Assembly (NCBI GenBank): GCA_963924565.1
Contig: OZ004611.1
Location: forward strand, 22,754,001 to 22,818,000
Direction: 5' to 3'
From: Ascidiella aspersa
Lineage: Eukaryota
Length of the DNA: 64,000 bases
The notes beneath the pieces are model-generated. The model saw nothing but the letters and a program-made list of their open reading frames with translations, searched no databases and was not told where the DNA came from. The translations under genes and the position numbers were made by a program. Of the stretch, positions 1-12,346 are shown piece after piece; position 1 is the stretch's first letter, and every line of letters begins with the position of its first letter.

Positions 1-174
1 AAACGTTATCGGGTGGTTATTTTACAGAAGAGTTGCAATGATTTTTAACTATAACACAAATAATTTTTCGATAGATGAAAAATCGACCGGTAAATGTGCT
101 GGTAGAACTCACATCGACGGTCGCTCTCTGGGCAGAATACGAGGAATATCTACGTTCGCAAGGTAGGCTACTGA

Positions 175-480
175 CAGTGTTATAAGTCCAAGTCAAGTCA
201 TTCATTAATCAACTTACGTTCAAGTCCAGTCTTTTCGAATGAATAACAAGTCACGTCCTAGCTAGTTCTAGACATCGGTTGTCCAAGTCAAGTCATAATT
301 AGAGCAAGTCACTTCAAGTCACGTCCTTGTCTTAAAAATAAAACTTTAAACTATTAAAACTGATAAACTCGTCCGATTGTTATCAAGCAATTTTGCTCAT
401 AAGACTTAAGTCAATTAAGTCATTCGAAAACTGTGACTTTAGTGCCAGTCAAGTCTTCGACTTAGGTCGTTACAACAGTG
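175..480. mobile_element. GACTT-repeat MITE copy (AAGTC orientation)
   Basis: CAGTGTTATAA...TTACAACAGTG with CAAGTCAAGTC arrays. Confidence 0.65.
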
Positions 481-1167
481 ACTGCTGGCGAAATGGGTTT
501 ATTGGATTACTCACGGTCTTGTATCATCTAATATCGCAACATAAGGAAAAATTATCGTAACATATTCGCATAAAATTGCTTACCACTTGGTTGGTTAAAG
601 TTCTTTGTTTTTATCGCTCAATTACCCAAGTATGGCGGCTTTTCGTTAAAAAATAACAGACACACATGCTTTCCCCTTTTTCCGTTCTATGTTTAAACTA
701 TGAACTTAGTCACTTTAAAATAATGTGTAATAGGGTTGCATAGCTGTACCGATCGTTTGAAATAGCAGTATCACAATGCGAAACATAGCCTATAGCGGTG
801 ATTGTCAACCTTTTATGGCTTATGGCACCCCTCAAACATAATAAATAGATTTTCGGCACCCCGACTGGCGCTTTCGTTCTGTATTTTTACTGAAATGTCA
901 CTACAAACGGAACTGGGACAACACAGTCAACTTAAAACATGTGGGAAAGTGTCATTTGACATAATGGTCTCTTATTGTACACAAATAGTTATATCAAGAG
1001 GCTTACACATTGAGCAAAAATCAGATTCTTCAAAATTTTCAAATACCCATTGGCACCATTGTGCATTAGAAATCAAACACCAGAGCGCCACGGCACCCTG
1101 GTGTAGAACCATTTGCCTATAGTATAGGTTTCCAACTGATCGAACCAGTGCTGTTGCCTGCTTGCAG

Positions 1168-4100
1168 AAATTCTGGATCCTGAGCATCCGCCGCCTCCAC
1201 CCAAGCAAAGAGACAACTCCGTGTCGCTCAAACTTCGCGGCACCGCTGCCTTCCTCAAGAGCTGGAACGCCGTGATCTTCATGTGCACTCCCGTGTAAGA
1301 TGTGGTTGCTTTTAAACTAAGACCACAATGTCTGTTCTGTTATGACTGTTTCCAGTGTTGTAAACCAGAAATTTTGAAATGACTTAATTAAGTCCAAGTC
1401 AAGTCATTTTGAATAAATGACAAGTCAAGTCCCAGTCAAGTCGTAATTAAATAAGAGCAAGTCAATTTCACGTCAAGTCCCTTTCTCTGCGGCGTAGTGC
1501 ACAAGTCATTGACTTAAGTCATTACAAAACTTCTAGAAAATGTTACTCATTTACCTGTGTCTATCTACATTAACTCAAGTGTTATGCTCCTCAGTCTTGT
1601 ATTACCAATATTAGGTATCTATCGCAAAAATAACGCGATTTTGCTCACCTTTTTGCCTACAACCGCCGATTAAAAATATCTTTACCAATTTTTTTTTTAA
1701 AGCGGACCATAACTGACTTGTCTGTTTTGTGTTTGTCGCGATCAGGTTTGAAAAGATGAGCGTGATGAAAGATGTGGGACTCTACATCAGCGATCTTAGT
1801 TTCCAAGACTCGTTGCAGATGTTCCTCATGGCAGGGCCGCAGCAGTCCGCTGAGTTAAAGATGGCTTTTGACATGGTAATTTAACTCTTTTCAACGTCTG
1901 GATCGGTTTGTTCGACTATTTTGCCAAACTTTGGTTAGTATTCACCGAATTTTGCCTAGCCCATGTTTTTCGTAACCTGCTTTGCTCATTTGCTAGACTT
2001 TTGCAACAATACATGCAGAGGTCAATGACCTGGTGTAATTCTTGACATTTTTAGGAGTCAATTACCTTGTGTAACCTTTTAACACCAGGTCATTGACCCC
2101 TAACAAATGTATAATACAATCAACACCGTTTCAGGAGCAAGCCAAGACGTCTAAGATGGAAGAGACACTGATGGAGTTAGAGCGTGAAGGCCAGAAGACA
2201 GACGCCCTTCTCTACTCCATGATACCAAAGGAAATCGCCAAGCGATTGAAGAAAAGAGATCACGGACACAACATAGCTGAGGTGAAGGATAAGCATTCTT
2301 TTCATTAGACTTGTTTTTGTAAAATTCGGGCATTTATTGGGTGTCAAGGATAAGCATTCTTTTCATTAGGCTTTTTTTTTGTAAAATTCGGGCATTTATT
2401 GTAACTTTTGCGCATAAAACAATTTCCTTGCTATATGACGCGTTTCTGTTTTTATTTAGTTAAGTTATTACTCATAATCGGCGATTAAGCTTAGGGTTAA
2501 ATTTTTGCCCTAATTATGACCTGACTTATTTTTTTAATATTCTTTTTCCGGCGTGCCACGGATAAACACGCTTAATGTCCGCTATTACGATTGCGTTGTT
2601 ACGCTGCTTTACCTACCACTCGTATAAAGACTTAACTGAAACCGAAAAAGTAGTTTAGAGCTCGTAGTTTGCTTTCTTTAACTTAAGAATGCTTATGTAT
2701 CACGGTTAGGAATACCACACCGTTGAACAGAAAAGTTAAATGTTTAAAAATATAGTGATCAAAACAATGCCACAAAAAAAATATTAGCACAAGTTATTAG
2801 ACGATTTTCAAGATATTCTGTCGAAAAGACGATCATTTATTATATTTGTGAACTTAACACGAAGAAGAGGCTGAAATAAATGTACTCTGTGCCGCTGTTC
2901 ATTTTTTTTTCTATTTTCCGTTTTTTTTATTTCAGATGTTTCCCGACGTCACGGTACTTTTCAGTGACGTGGTCGGTTTCACAAACATCTGCACTCGTAT
3001 CACTCCGATGGAAGTGGTCGCTCTCCTCAACACTATTTACACTGTCTTCGATTCGCTCAGTGAAAGGTATAAATGGAAATGGCTAACTGTACACGTTTTT
3101 TTCTTTGATGGGCAGGGATCCTTGTTGTTGAACAACATTTCGTTTATTTCAGTCCAAAGATTTTTTTTGTAAATGGCCGTTTTTGTGTAATTCTAAATAG
3201 AGGAACCAGGTGGCACTGTGTAAAGACTAATTGTATTGAATTCTCGACAAGCTTTCGCACAACCCAACAGGTCAAAGTATATAGGAAAACAATTAAAAAG
3301 CACGTAAAAGCACAAGTGCGAGTAAAAGGCGATAAGAATGGTGACGTCTAACATATCCATAGGCACATTCGGCACATTTCATGTATACTTTGACCTGATG
3401 AACCACGGTTATGCGAAAGCTTGTCGAGAATTCAATACAATTTATCTTTATACAGTGCCACCTGATTCCTCTATCTCTAATAATTCGTTCACTTAACCAG
3501 CTTGCTAAATTTAATTTAAATTATTCTAACCCAGTGTTTCTTAACCTTTTTTACTTGGTGGCGCACCTATAAAGACGTATAAAAACGTGGCGGCGCACCT
3601 TGCGAGCGAAGCAAGCGTGAAATTTTTAAGGTGTACCGATATTTCTCTTACATTGTCTTCTTTTTAATTTTAATGGGTTTTATAGTTGCATATCTTTAAA
3701 GGGACTTCCAGCCTTTGAGACTAAAAACGTTATTTTGTACATTAAAGTCGTATTCCGATTAATTTTGGACTTATTTCGACATGTTTTTTCCTTTCGTTCG
3801 CGGCGCACCTAGCAGCCTTCCATGGCGCACCGGTTGAGAAACGCTGTTCTAACCCCAAGACGCAAATAAAAAAATTATGTTAAACAGCGGCCAAAATACA
3901 ATGGCTGTTTTTTTGAAAGGCTAATTTGCTAAATACGCGAAATAACGCAGGAGAACCACGTTTATCTATAAAAAAATCAAATAATCATCCAGCTTATATT
4001 TTTAATTTCCCAGATACGCGGTGTTCAAGGTGGAGACCATAGGCGACGGCTACATGGCGGCGTCTGGCACTCCCGTGCGGACGAAGGAGCACGCACAGAG

Positions 4101-7100
4101 GATCTGCGACATGGCGCTAGAGATGCAGGCGGGCATTTGTCACGTGAAAGAGCCGTCCGGTGGAAACCGCATAAGGATTAGAATCGGTAAGTCAAATCAC
4201 ATGTACCCGGTCCTAAGCTGACTTGTTCACATTAAATTGTCAAATGGGTACACTCTGTACGGATCTGTAATGTAACTTGAAATAAATTGCATAGTCAAAA
4301 AGGTCGAATAGATCGACTTCATCTTGATTAAGACGTTTCGGTACAAGCTTGTATCATCTTCAGTTAATCTGACCGAGAAGTAATTCAAGCATCACTTATA
4401 AAAGGTGGGACGCAATTGTTATCAGTCTAAGTTTCTATAGTTAGAGCAATATTTAGCACCTTCAGATTGTCAAACTTTTGTGTGTTTTGTCCATTCTCGA
4501 AAACAAAACAGAACAAATTTCAGTTGCTTAGAAAAATTCTTAACAAAATTTGGTTACAATCGTCGCATTACATAGTTTCTAGGTAAATAGAGGTGCCTTT
4601 AATAAACAGCCTAGATTGTCCGATACATTGTGTTTTAGTTCCATACTGAAATCATATAATCGAAAAGGCAAACCGAACGCATGTACCCCTTAATACGAAA
4701 ACGGGTGAAAATAAAAATCGAAATTAAGGCATATATAAATCACTTTACCAACTGCGTAAATTCCATTTTTTTTTCTTGCAATAGTAGTTAAAATGACAAG
4801 ATGACAAATTGCTAAAAAAATCGACAAGATCGCAACTGCGGAATCCAATTACAGGCTTCCATTTTGCAAAAAGATATCAACCTTTTTTGTCGGAAAAATT
4901 CCACTTCAACAAACTTGTCCTTCAGTCCAACATTCGCGAACATTTCGAATCAGAAGCAGTGTGCTTTGCGCTTAAATCACCAGCAGCGTATTTTGTTCTT
5001 TTTATATTTTGTATTTTATTCCCTTAGGTATCCATTCTGGAGGCGTGGTTGCCGGCGTGGTGGGCCGCAAAATGGTGCGCTACTGTCTGTTTGGCGACAC
5101 TGTGAACACGGCCTCGCGCATGGAAAGCACGGGCAAGGGCGGCGAAATCCACATCAGCAAGACCGTACGAGATCAGCTGATCGGCACCGATGACTACATC
5201 GTCAAAGACCGCGGGATAATGTACTTCAAGGTAAAACCGGAAATCTGCTTGACTTTTGGGGCTATAGGGGAATGTCCGACAATGTAGAAAGGCGATGCCT
5301 CTCAAATCGCCGTATCGGTACTCGTTCGATACTCGGCTGGTATCGATTCATTTGTGCAATAAATACATGTTTTAAGATCCAGCATAGACTTTGCTACTTT
5401 AAAAGGTGAATTTTTGACACAAACACTAAAACCCGAAGATAAATAGTCCTACGAACTCAAATTTAGGCCTTCTGCATAAATTTTGCATATTTGACCATAG
5501 AGATGACGTCATTTAGTATCGCATTGGATCACGATAATCTTGGCCAATATTATCGGGTATCGGAATAACATACCTGGTATCAGACATTCCTACTTATGAC
5601 TAAGGTGTCGCCTGGGTTAAGGTCAAGTTTCGTGGCACACTTGCCAGCCCAGATTAGTTAGACGCAAATTTTTGGTCGGTTATATATACGAGAATTGGGA
5701 CCACAGAAAAAGTCCTGTGGGGCCCGCATGTCTTCCTACCACTTTTTCGGAAAAATTCATTACATTTATTGGAGATTAATTAACTATATATACTCTCTAT
5801 GTTCGGCGCTTTATAAATTCGTATTGTTTGCTCGTATATGACAAAATTAAAATGTGTTAAGGACCACACATTTTGAAATAATCAATTTGTTTTACTTAAA
5901 TTTCACCCTGCATGCAATATTTCAGTAAGCAAACTTGGGAATTTGTTTTACAAAGTAAACTATAAAATTTGCGCTTTTGGTCGCTTCAGGGTAAAGGTCA
6001 GATGAGGACTTACTGGCTTATCGGAAAAAAGGGAAAGTTCATTGCGATTCCCGGATCACAGTGAGTGAGATTTTCTTTTTTAAAGAATATGTTTTATATT
6101 AAACCTAAGCAAAACAATGATTCTTGAATTCTTACAACAAACTTAACTTTTGCGTCTGCCTCTACAAAAGTTAAAGCATACACTTTTTCGAGTATTTCGC
6201 GTTTTTTTTAATATATTAAAAACACTTAAGCCCATCACTCAAGTGCGACTCCTTTTGCTTTTGCGTTCCGCTTTCCAGTCTCTATTTTAAAAAGGTTTAT
6301 CGACGCGAGCAGCAACGCAGCCGGAATGGTGTCGACCAACAACCACTTGGTGGAAGGCACAGCGACAACCAGCAACAGCGAACCGCAAAAACCCAACAAC
6401 GACTCGAACGATATACTGGTAAACGACTCTACCTATTTGGATGGATAGCGAACTAACTTTAAAGCCAGGAAACTAACTTTAAAGCCAGGAAAGCGCATTG
6501 GCAGTGTTGTAATGATTTGACTTAAGTGCCCTTGAGTCATTATTTTTATTTCACTTCACTTAAGCATTTTGGGCAAAATGACTTGATTTGACTTAGGTCT
6601 TTTGGAGAAATGACTACACTTAAACTTTTTTGAAAAATAACTAGTTTAAGGTTTAAATTTGAAGGTTTTTTTTAACAAATGGCTTGACTGGTTTGCAACA
6701 CTTGCATTTGTAACTGGAAGCAGTGCGACTAAAAAATCATGATGTGTCCCCGAATTTTGAGGGTCTTAAGGTCAAATCTCTCCTTGTAAAACGAACGTTG
6801 AAAGCGAGTTTAGCATAAACGGTAATACCGCGTATGCAGTTGTATGTAAATTTTTAACTGTTTACAGCGAACATTACAGAAGGGATCAGGGTGCAAAAGT
6901 TACGAATAATTAAAAAAATCCGTTTATTTTGAATGTAACGTCCCTGTGTTGTATAGCTGGCTAGAAAAGGCACTTTAAAACTTGTATGCGCGCTAAAATA
7001 GGGCTAACCACAGGCGAATGCTGTCCTTTCGGTGAAAAGTGCAATTGAAAAAAAACTGACGCTTTTTACTTTTCAGAACTTCCGTGAAACCCTGGAAAAG

Positions 7101-9835
7101 ATTTTGACGATCCAGAACAAAAACATGAAGGATTACAAAGAACAGGAACAAAACACTGCTGAAAAAGACTCGGGTAATTAAAGATTACCGGTTATTGGTC
7201 GATTCGAAATCGCACAAGGTATAGATTGCGATAGCCGATATACCACGTGCAAAACTTTTTTCTATTTTTTTACAATATTGTGAAACGCTGCCGGCGTGCT
7301 ACCTTTAAAAGCTCTTGGGCACCACTAGTGGTAAGCGTACTACACGGGGAAAACCCATTAACCTCGATCTAATCGAACTCTCAAAGTAGTACAGTTGTTT
7401 TGACGTTGGTAAAATGGCCTGACATGAAAAATAAACTTAAGACAGGCCGTCAATAATAATCTCTTTGTACCGCAGAATCGCAGATTAGCAGGGAATGTAG
7501 CAACGTGACCTTACCGTGCAACAGCTCTTCAGGTAAACGGCCTTTTGGTCATTTGTTTTTTTGTCGCAATAAGGCGAGGGCTTTGGATCAAGTTTTTATA
7601 TATTGGGATTTATTTAGGAAGTTGAAAATTTGGTTGTCATTTCTATAAACAAATCTCCACTTCCCGCTTTTTCGTTAGTAGGGTATGAATATTGTTTAAA
7701 TGTCGAATCTAATTTGGCTAAAGTGTTAAGTTCGTATTACTGTCATATGCGTTATAACAGCATAACCTGGAAATAAAAGCGCACTGAAAGTAAGTGTTTG
7801 AATCATCTAATTGCAATAGTTCTTTTATAATTAAGCAATATCGTAGCACACAAGATCGCGACTTTTAAGCAATACTAAAAAAAAAGAGTTAAGCATTTAT
7901 ACAGCAGTTGCACTTTAAAGCCACGAAAACAAAAGGCTGGCCGTTTCGGGGTAAACTGGCCTCCCGCAACCGCCATATAACTTTCACGTCAATTTTCGCA
8001 GACGAGAAGTACTCGGCCATCAATATCCTTGAGGAAATGGTGAGCAGCCGAGCCATGATCTACTGTGAGTATACATAACAAACCTTATGTGCTTTTTTTT
8101 CGTTTGTCTGATTAACAAATAGTATAAAACCCCTACAATCACGACACTGATTAGCATTTTCAGCAAATTGTCACGCTATACAAATAAAGGCCTGTGTTGC
8201 GGGAATCCGTCAAAAAGGTTTTTTGAGGTCACGACAATTGTTGCCCCTAGTTGTATACCCCACGACCCCAAAGGTCCCCGACTAACAAGGAAAAAAGTCG
8301 CTATTAAAAGTATCGCCCTTCCCTTATGCAAACACGGCATGGGAACATTTAACTTTCATTCAATTTTTGTCATAATTAAATTGAATCATAGTTTAAACGC
8401 TTTTAAAAAGAAACTACAGCGATGACTTTTATATCAGATTGTTTAGATTCCCGTTCAGGTTATATTCTTCCAAAAATACCATCGACGGAAGCTATTAGTT
8501 AAACTGAACGACTGAACGTAAACCTAACGGACATTAATTCTTAAAACAGCAAATCGCAGTCGCGGCGAAACTGTTTTTCTTAACTAAAATAAATCCGGTA
8601 TCTTTAAAATCAATTTCAACAAGCACTCCAACTTCTTGCACCACACCGCTCTTTGCAATTTGCATACACACATAAGTAACATTTACTCCGAATCAAAAGG
8701 GGAAAAGCTGTCCAAACTAAACCGAAACACGAATATTTAAAATTAAACCAATTAGCCGCTAAACACGCTAAATTGATATCACAAGTCGAACGAAAAACTA
8801 AACAACTTATCAAAACCCTTGCATACATCTATAGGTTACGACATTTACTCCGAATTAAAAGGGGAAAAACCGTGCAAACTAAACATGAATGTTTAAAACA
8901 AAAGCCATTCGCCGCAAAACACGTTTCCTTGATATCGCAAGTCAAACGAAAAAAATGAACAACTTTGAAGTCCCTTGCTGACAACTAAGTTACGACATTT
9001 ACTCCGAGTCAAAAAGGGAAAATCTGTCCAAACTAAACCAAAACACTATGTTCAAAAAAACATAGGCAATTCGCCGCTAAACACGCTAAATCGATATCGC
9101 AAGTCGAACGAAAAAACTGAACAACTTCAAAACCCTTGCATACATCTATAAGTTACGACATTTACTCCGAATTGAAAGGGGCAGTCGCTAAAGCTAAGCC
9201 AAAACAAGCATGTTTAAAACGAAAGCATTTCGCCGCAAAACACGCTTTCTTAAAATCACAAGTCGAACGAAAAACTGGACAAATTTAAAGCCCCTTGCAT
9301 ACATCTGACATTTACCCCGATCAAAAGGGGAAAGCTGTCTAATTAAACCAAAACACGTATGTTTAAAATGAAATCAGTTCGCCGCAAAACACGCTCCGTT
9401 GATATCGCAAGTCGAACAAAAAACTGAACAACTTTAAAGCCCCTTGTGTTGGACTTTTAAAACAAATCCGGCGCTCATCGCAGTCGCTAGCTTTCAAACC
9501 TTAACGGAAGCGCGCTTCTTCCCCCAACAGCTGGTGCATCGAGCAGGAGCACCAGCACCAGCATGTACCGCCAGCCGCAGCGGCCCATGTTGGAGGCGAG
9601 TGGCAACTGTGGAGGCGGCGGTAGCGGAGGCGAGAGTTCCTTCTCGCAGTTGTCGGACAACAACAACCCCGGTGAGCGAGCGAGCGAAGGCGACGACATC
9701 GACATGCAGACCAACTACGAGGGCAGCGACCTGGAAATGGACGGCGACGGATGCAAGTCAAAAAGCGGCGGCAACCCGTTCTTGCGCGCCAAGGCGATCC
9801 GCGACAAGGGATCCAAGTTCTGCGCCCTTCTGTGA
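1168..9835 (+). CDS. Gyc88E: Atypical soluble guanylyl cyclase (Gyc88E/GUCY1B2-like), 5'-partial; PAS/HNOBA, coiled coil, cyclase domain and long C-terminal tail with CaaX
   Basis: Phase-consistent GT-AG exons: 1168-1294 ([16 protein letters not shown]), 1746-1875 ([20 protein letters not shown]), 2135-2281 ([18 protein letters not shown]), 2936-3066 ([12 protein letters not shown]), 4014-4186 ([10 protein letters not shown]), 5028-5230 ([22 protein letters not shown]), 5990-6060 ([10 protein letters not shown]), 6295-6418, 7077-7173, 7476-7532, 8002-8064, 9531-9835 (..KGSKFCALL*). The H-NOX exons lie upstream of the window. Family is certain; exact orthology is inferred. Confidence 0.9.
2285..2401. 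repeat. Tandem duplication, about 61-bp unit, next to a splice donor
   Basis: AAGGATAAGCATTCTTTTCATTAG..GTAAAATTCGGGCATTTATTG twice. Confidence 0.8.
3197..3474. mobile_element. Degenerate inverted-repeat element with a damaged hammerhead motif
   Basis: About 85-90-bp arms at 3197-3281 and 3384-3474 are reverse complements. The right arm has TTTGAC-CTGATGA-accacggttatgc-GAAA-GCTT-GTCGAG. Confidence 0.6.
3532..3846. mobile_element. hAT-type MITE
   Basis: TIRs CAGTGTTTCTTAACC / GGTTGAGAAACGCTG; perfect 8-bp TSD TTCTAACC. Confidence 0.85.
4326..4369 (-). ncRNA. Minimal type-I hammerhead ribozyme motif (Penelope-type)
   Basis: The minus strand reads GATTAA-CTGAAGA-T-GATACAAGCTTGTACC-GAAA-C-GTC-TTAATC. 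This gives a perfect 6-bp helix I, a palindromic helix II, a loopless helix III and a GUC cleavage triplet. Confidence 0.7.
5265..5592. mobile_element. CCGATAC/TATCGG-motif MITE family
   Basis: Ends TAGGGGAATGTCCGA / TCAGACATTCCTA with repeated ATCGG/CCGATA motifs. Related fragments at about 28120-28370, 29088-29152, 30325-30650, 33749-33800, 55745-55970 and 57920-58000. Confidence 0.55.
8660..9445. repeat. Minisatellite, about 5 units of 150-163 bp, in the last guanylyl cyclase intron
   Basis: The unit ACATTTACTCCGA..AAAGGGG..CAAACTAAACC..TTCGCCGC.AAACACG..CAAGTCGAACGAAAAA starts at about 8679, 8841, 8995, 9158 and 9308. Confidence 0.85.
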
Positions 9836-9924
9836 TCTTCAATTTCCCTCTGCCCTCGATTTATTTCCTTGTTGTGCGTCCTTGTGTTTCGGTGTGCCGT
9901 TGTAGCGGCTCGGTGTGCGTAATT

Positions 9925-9930
9925 AATAAA
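9925..9930 (+). promoter_or_regulatory. Candidate polyadenylation signal of the guanylyl cyclase
   Basis: AATAAA about 90 nt after the stop codon, followed by GT/T-rich sequence. Confidence 0.4.
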
Positions 9931-12346
9931 AGTCTAGGGATAACCGATACCTGTGTGTTTTATGTTGTGAGCCGATATTTGTGGCACACAAAGTATAGCC
10001 TTCCTCCGTCTGACTCAATACCTTATCTTATAAGGTCATCACTATGGTCAAGTAAAAAACAAATGCGAACTAAAACTCGCAAAGATAATGTTGTCCAGGT
10101 TACATTGCAAAAAATAGTTTAGCGTTTTAGGACTACTATAAGTTCAATTTTTTGAAACATAATAGCCATGAAGCTGTTGTTAGACCTAAAAAAGTTTAAC
10201 AAGACATAGGCTACTGAACTAAGTATCATATTTAAACCTTAGGTTAAAAATGGATTAAGATTTGTTCAAAAATTTCAAAACATGCCACTGTATTATATGG
10301 GCTTTGATATTCATTCTGCGTACTTTTATTTCCTAATTGACTTGTTTAAAAAAGTGTTCCTTTAGGTTAAAAAAATATGTTTAATCGCATGTCTGAAATG
10401 TCCAAATTAGATTGGTTTCGGATCGGCAATGATCCAACTACTAACTCATAGTGACGAACGAGTACCGATCGTTCATCATGGCTTAGGGTTTGGGCTCTTA
10501 CTTGATGATTTTGGGCATCCGTGCATAAACTCTAGTCTAAAGCGGATATACTTATCGGTTAATTGTTGTACAAAGCAAGTTATTTGCCACGGTTTAATCT
10601 TCGCGCGGAATGTAGCAAACGACTCTAAATCTGAGGGGTTGATATTTTTTCGGGGTGTTTTATCTGCCCGGTGACTATTATTTCTAAGCTTGCGGCTACT
10701 GTGCCTCTTGATAATGCACTAACCGTTTAATAATGGCCGTTAAGACTCTGCATTGCACAAAAGTAGTTCATTTTTGGATACTTAAACCTAGGCCTAACAA
10801 AAAGTCGGTCAAATAACTAAATACCTGACTACAGAAGTTGGTAACATAACAGTAGCCTGTTTTTGGCAGCGGTCTTGGCGCCCCTTAAGCTCTTGAAGAA
10901 AAGTTTGGCCTTTGAGTGCCAACTATCGTTCGGAAAATAAAGCAGTCTGGTTTAAGAGTGCTTGCTGTAAATATGCATGCACAGCAGTTTCCCATGTCAA
11001 TTTTGCCTAGTATTACGAATAAACTAATTCTGTCTGAAACTCTGCTCAGTGATCCAGCTAAGACCTAAACAAAATCTTTTCCTGCGTCGCGATTCGTTGT
11101 TTTTAGTGCAATTGTATAACGAGTAGACAGGGCGACACAGAACAAGGACATTTTTGAAAATATTCTTCTACACGCACCAGGTATCTGTCGCTCACACTTC
11201 ACTCTAAAAATTCGAAAAGAATATTTTCAGGTGCGTGTAGTAGAATTGTGTAAAAATGTGGAAGTGTTTTGCACAATAACATTTCAGAATATTGCCCCCG
11301 TGCATATTACTTTCCCCTGTTAGAGCCGAGGGTTCTCCCTTCTCGAAGTAACTCTTTTCTATTGCTTTAAAAGCCAGAAGAGGTTTCGAAATAGCTTCTA
11401 TTTCTCACTGAAATAGCATCAAACTTATGAACACTTCAGCAAGCAAAGAAATAGTGTAAAAAATGTTTAATCATTTAACAATTCTGAGGAATCTTGGAAA
11501 GTTGTAGACAGGGTAACACTCGTGTCATCTTCATGGTTGGTTTTTAGTCAAATTGTCTGTCAAACCTATCTTGTAATAACACGTCGTACTAAAACACACA
11601 TTTGTTAGTTACAAAACTTAGGCTATTTCCAAGTAAAGTCAGGTATACCCTCCATGGTTAAGTTGACTTAAGTCGATCTTCATTAGATATTGCTGTACAG
11701 TTGCGGAACTGTAAGCACACTAAAACGAGGGTGCAAAGTAAGCTGAATTTGTATGCAAGCTATGGCCATAATATTATAGCCGTTTTTGCAGGTTATGTAA
11801 TCCATTTGCAGGAGCGTATACAATGCCCGTTTCTGACAACGTACATCCTTCAGCGCGTGTAATTCGAAATATTAGGATTTTGGTCATATCGTGAAAAAAA
11901 GTCTTTCAGTTGTTGTGCTCACAGAAGCGCACTTCATGACAATTCGTTTGTGGATAACAGAGATTTGGACTATGTTTGGTGGCGAGACCGCACTGCGCAG
12001 AATAAAAATAACCGGAATTGACATTGGAATAATATCTTTTGAAACTGGCTTACAAGGCTGTGAAGCATGAGGTGCGTGATGTGCCTTTGTTTATGTGTTT
12101 AGTACCTATCAATCGCTTCATAGATAAGCTAACCCAATCTGAGACAAGTGAAGAAACATATTGGTTTGGTCAGCAACAGTTCGTTTTTTACTCAGGCCGC
12201 CACCTAAACCACTGTCGAATATTCATAAAAATAAATATTTTCTAATATAACTCCATGTGAGAACGAAACCTTGAAAATGTAATCATTGTTTTTGCAGTGA
12301 AGCCGTTGTATAGGTGGTGTATAACACTATGGGATCGCATCTAAAA

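Noticed and set aside
9444-10122. Several overlapping ORFs (9444-9905, 9487-9714, 9501-9842, 9751-10122)
   Set aside because: These are shadow frames of the GC-rich terminal cyclase exon. Only the frame ending in CALL is phase-consistent with the upstream exons.
11148-11259. Imperfect 30-bp inverted repeat
   Set aside because: It is short and degenerate with no clear TSD or second copy in the window, probably an old MITE fragment.
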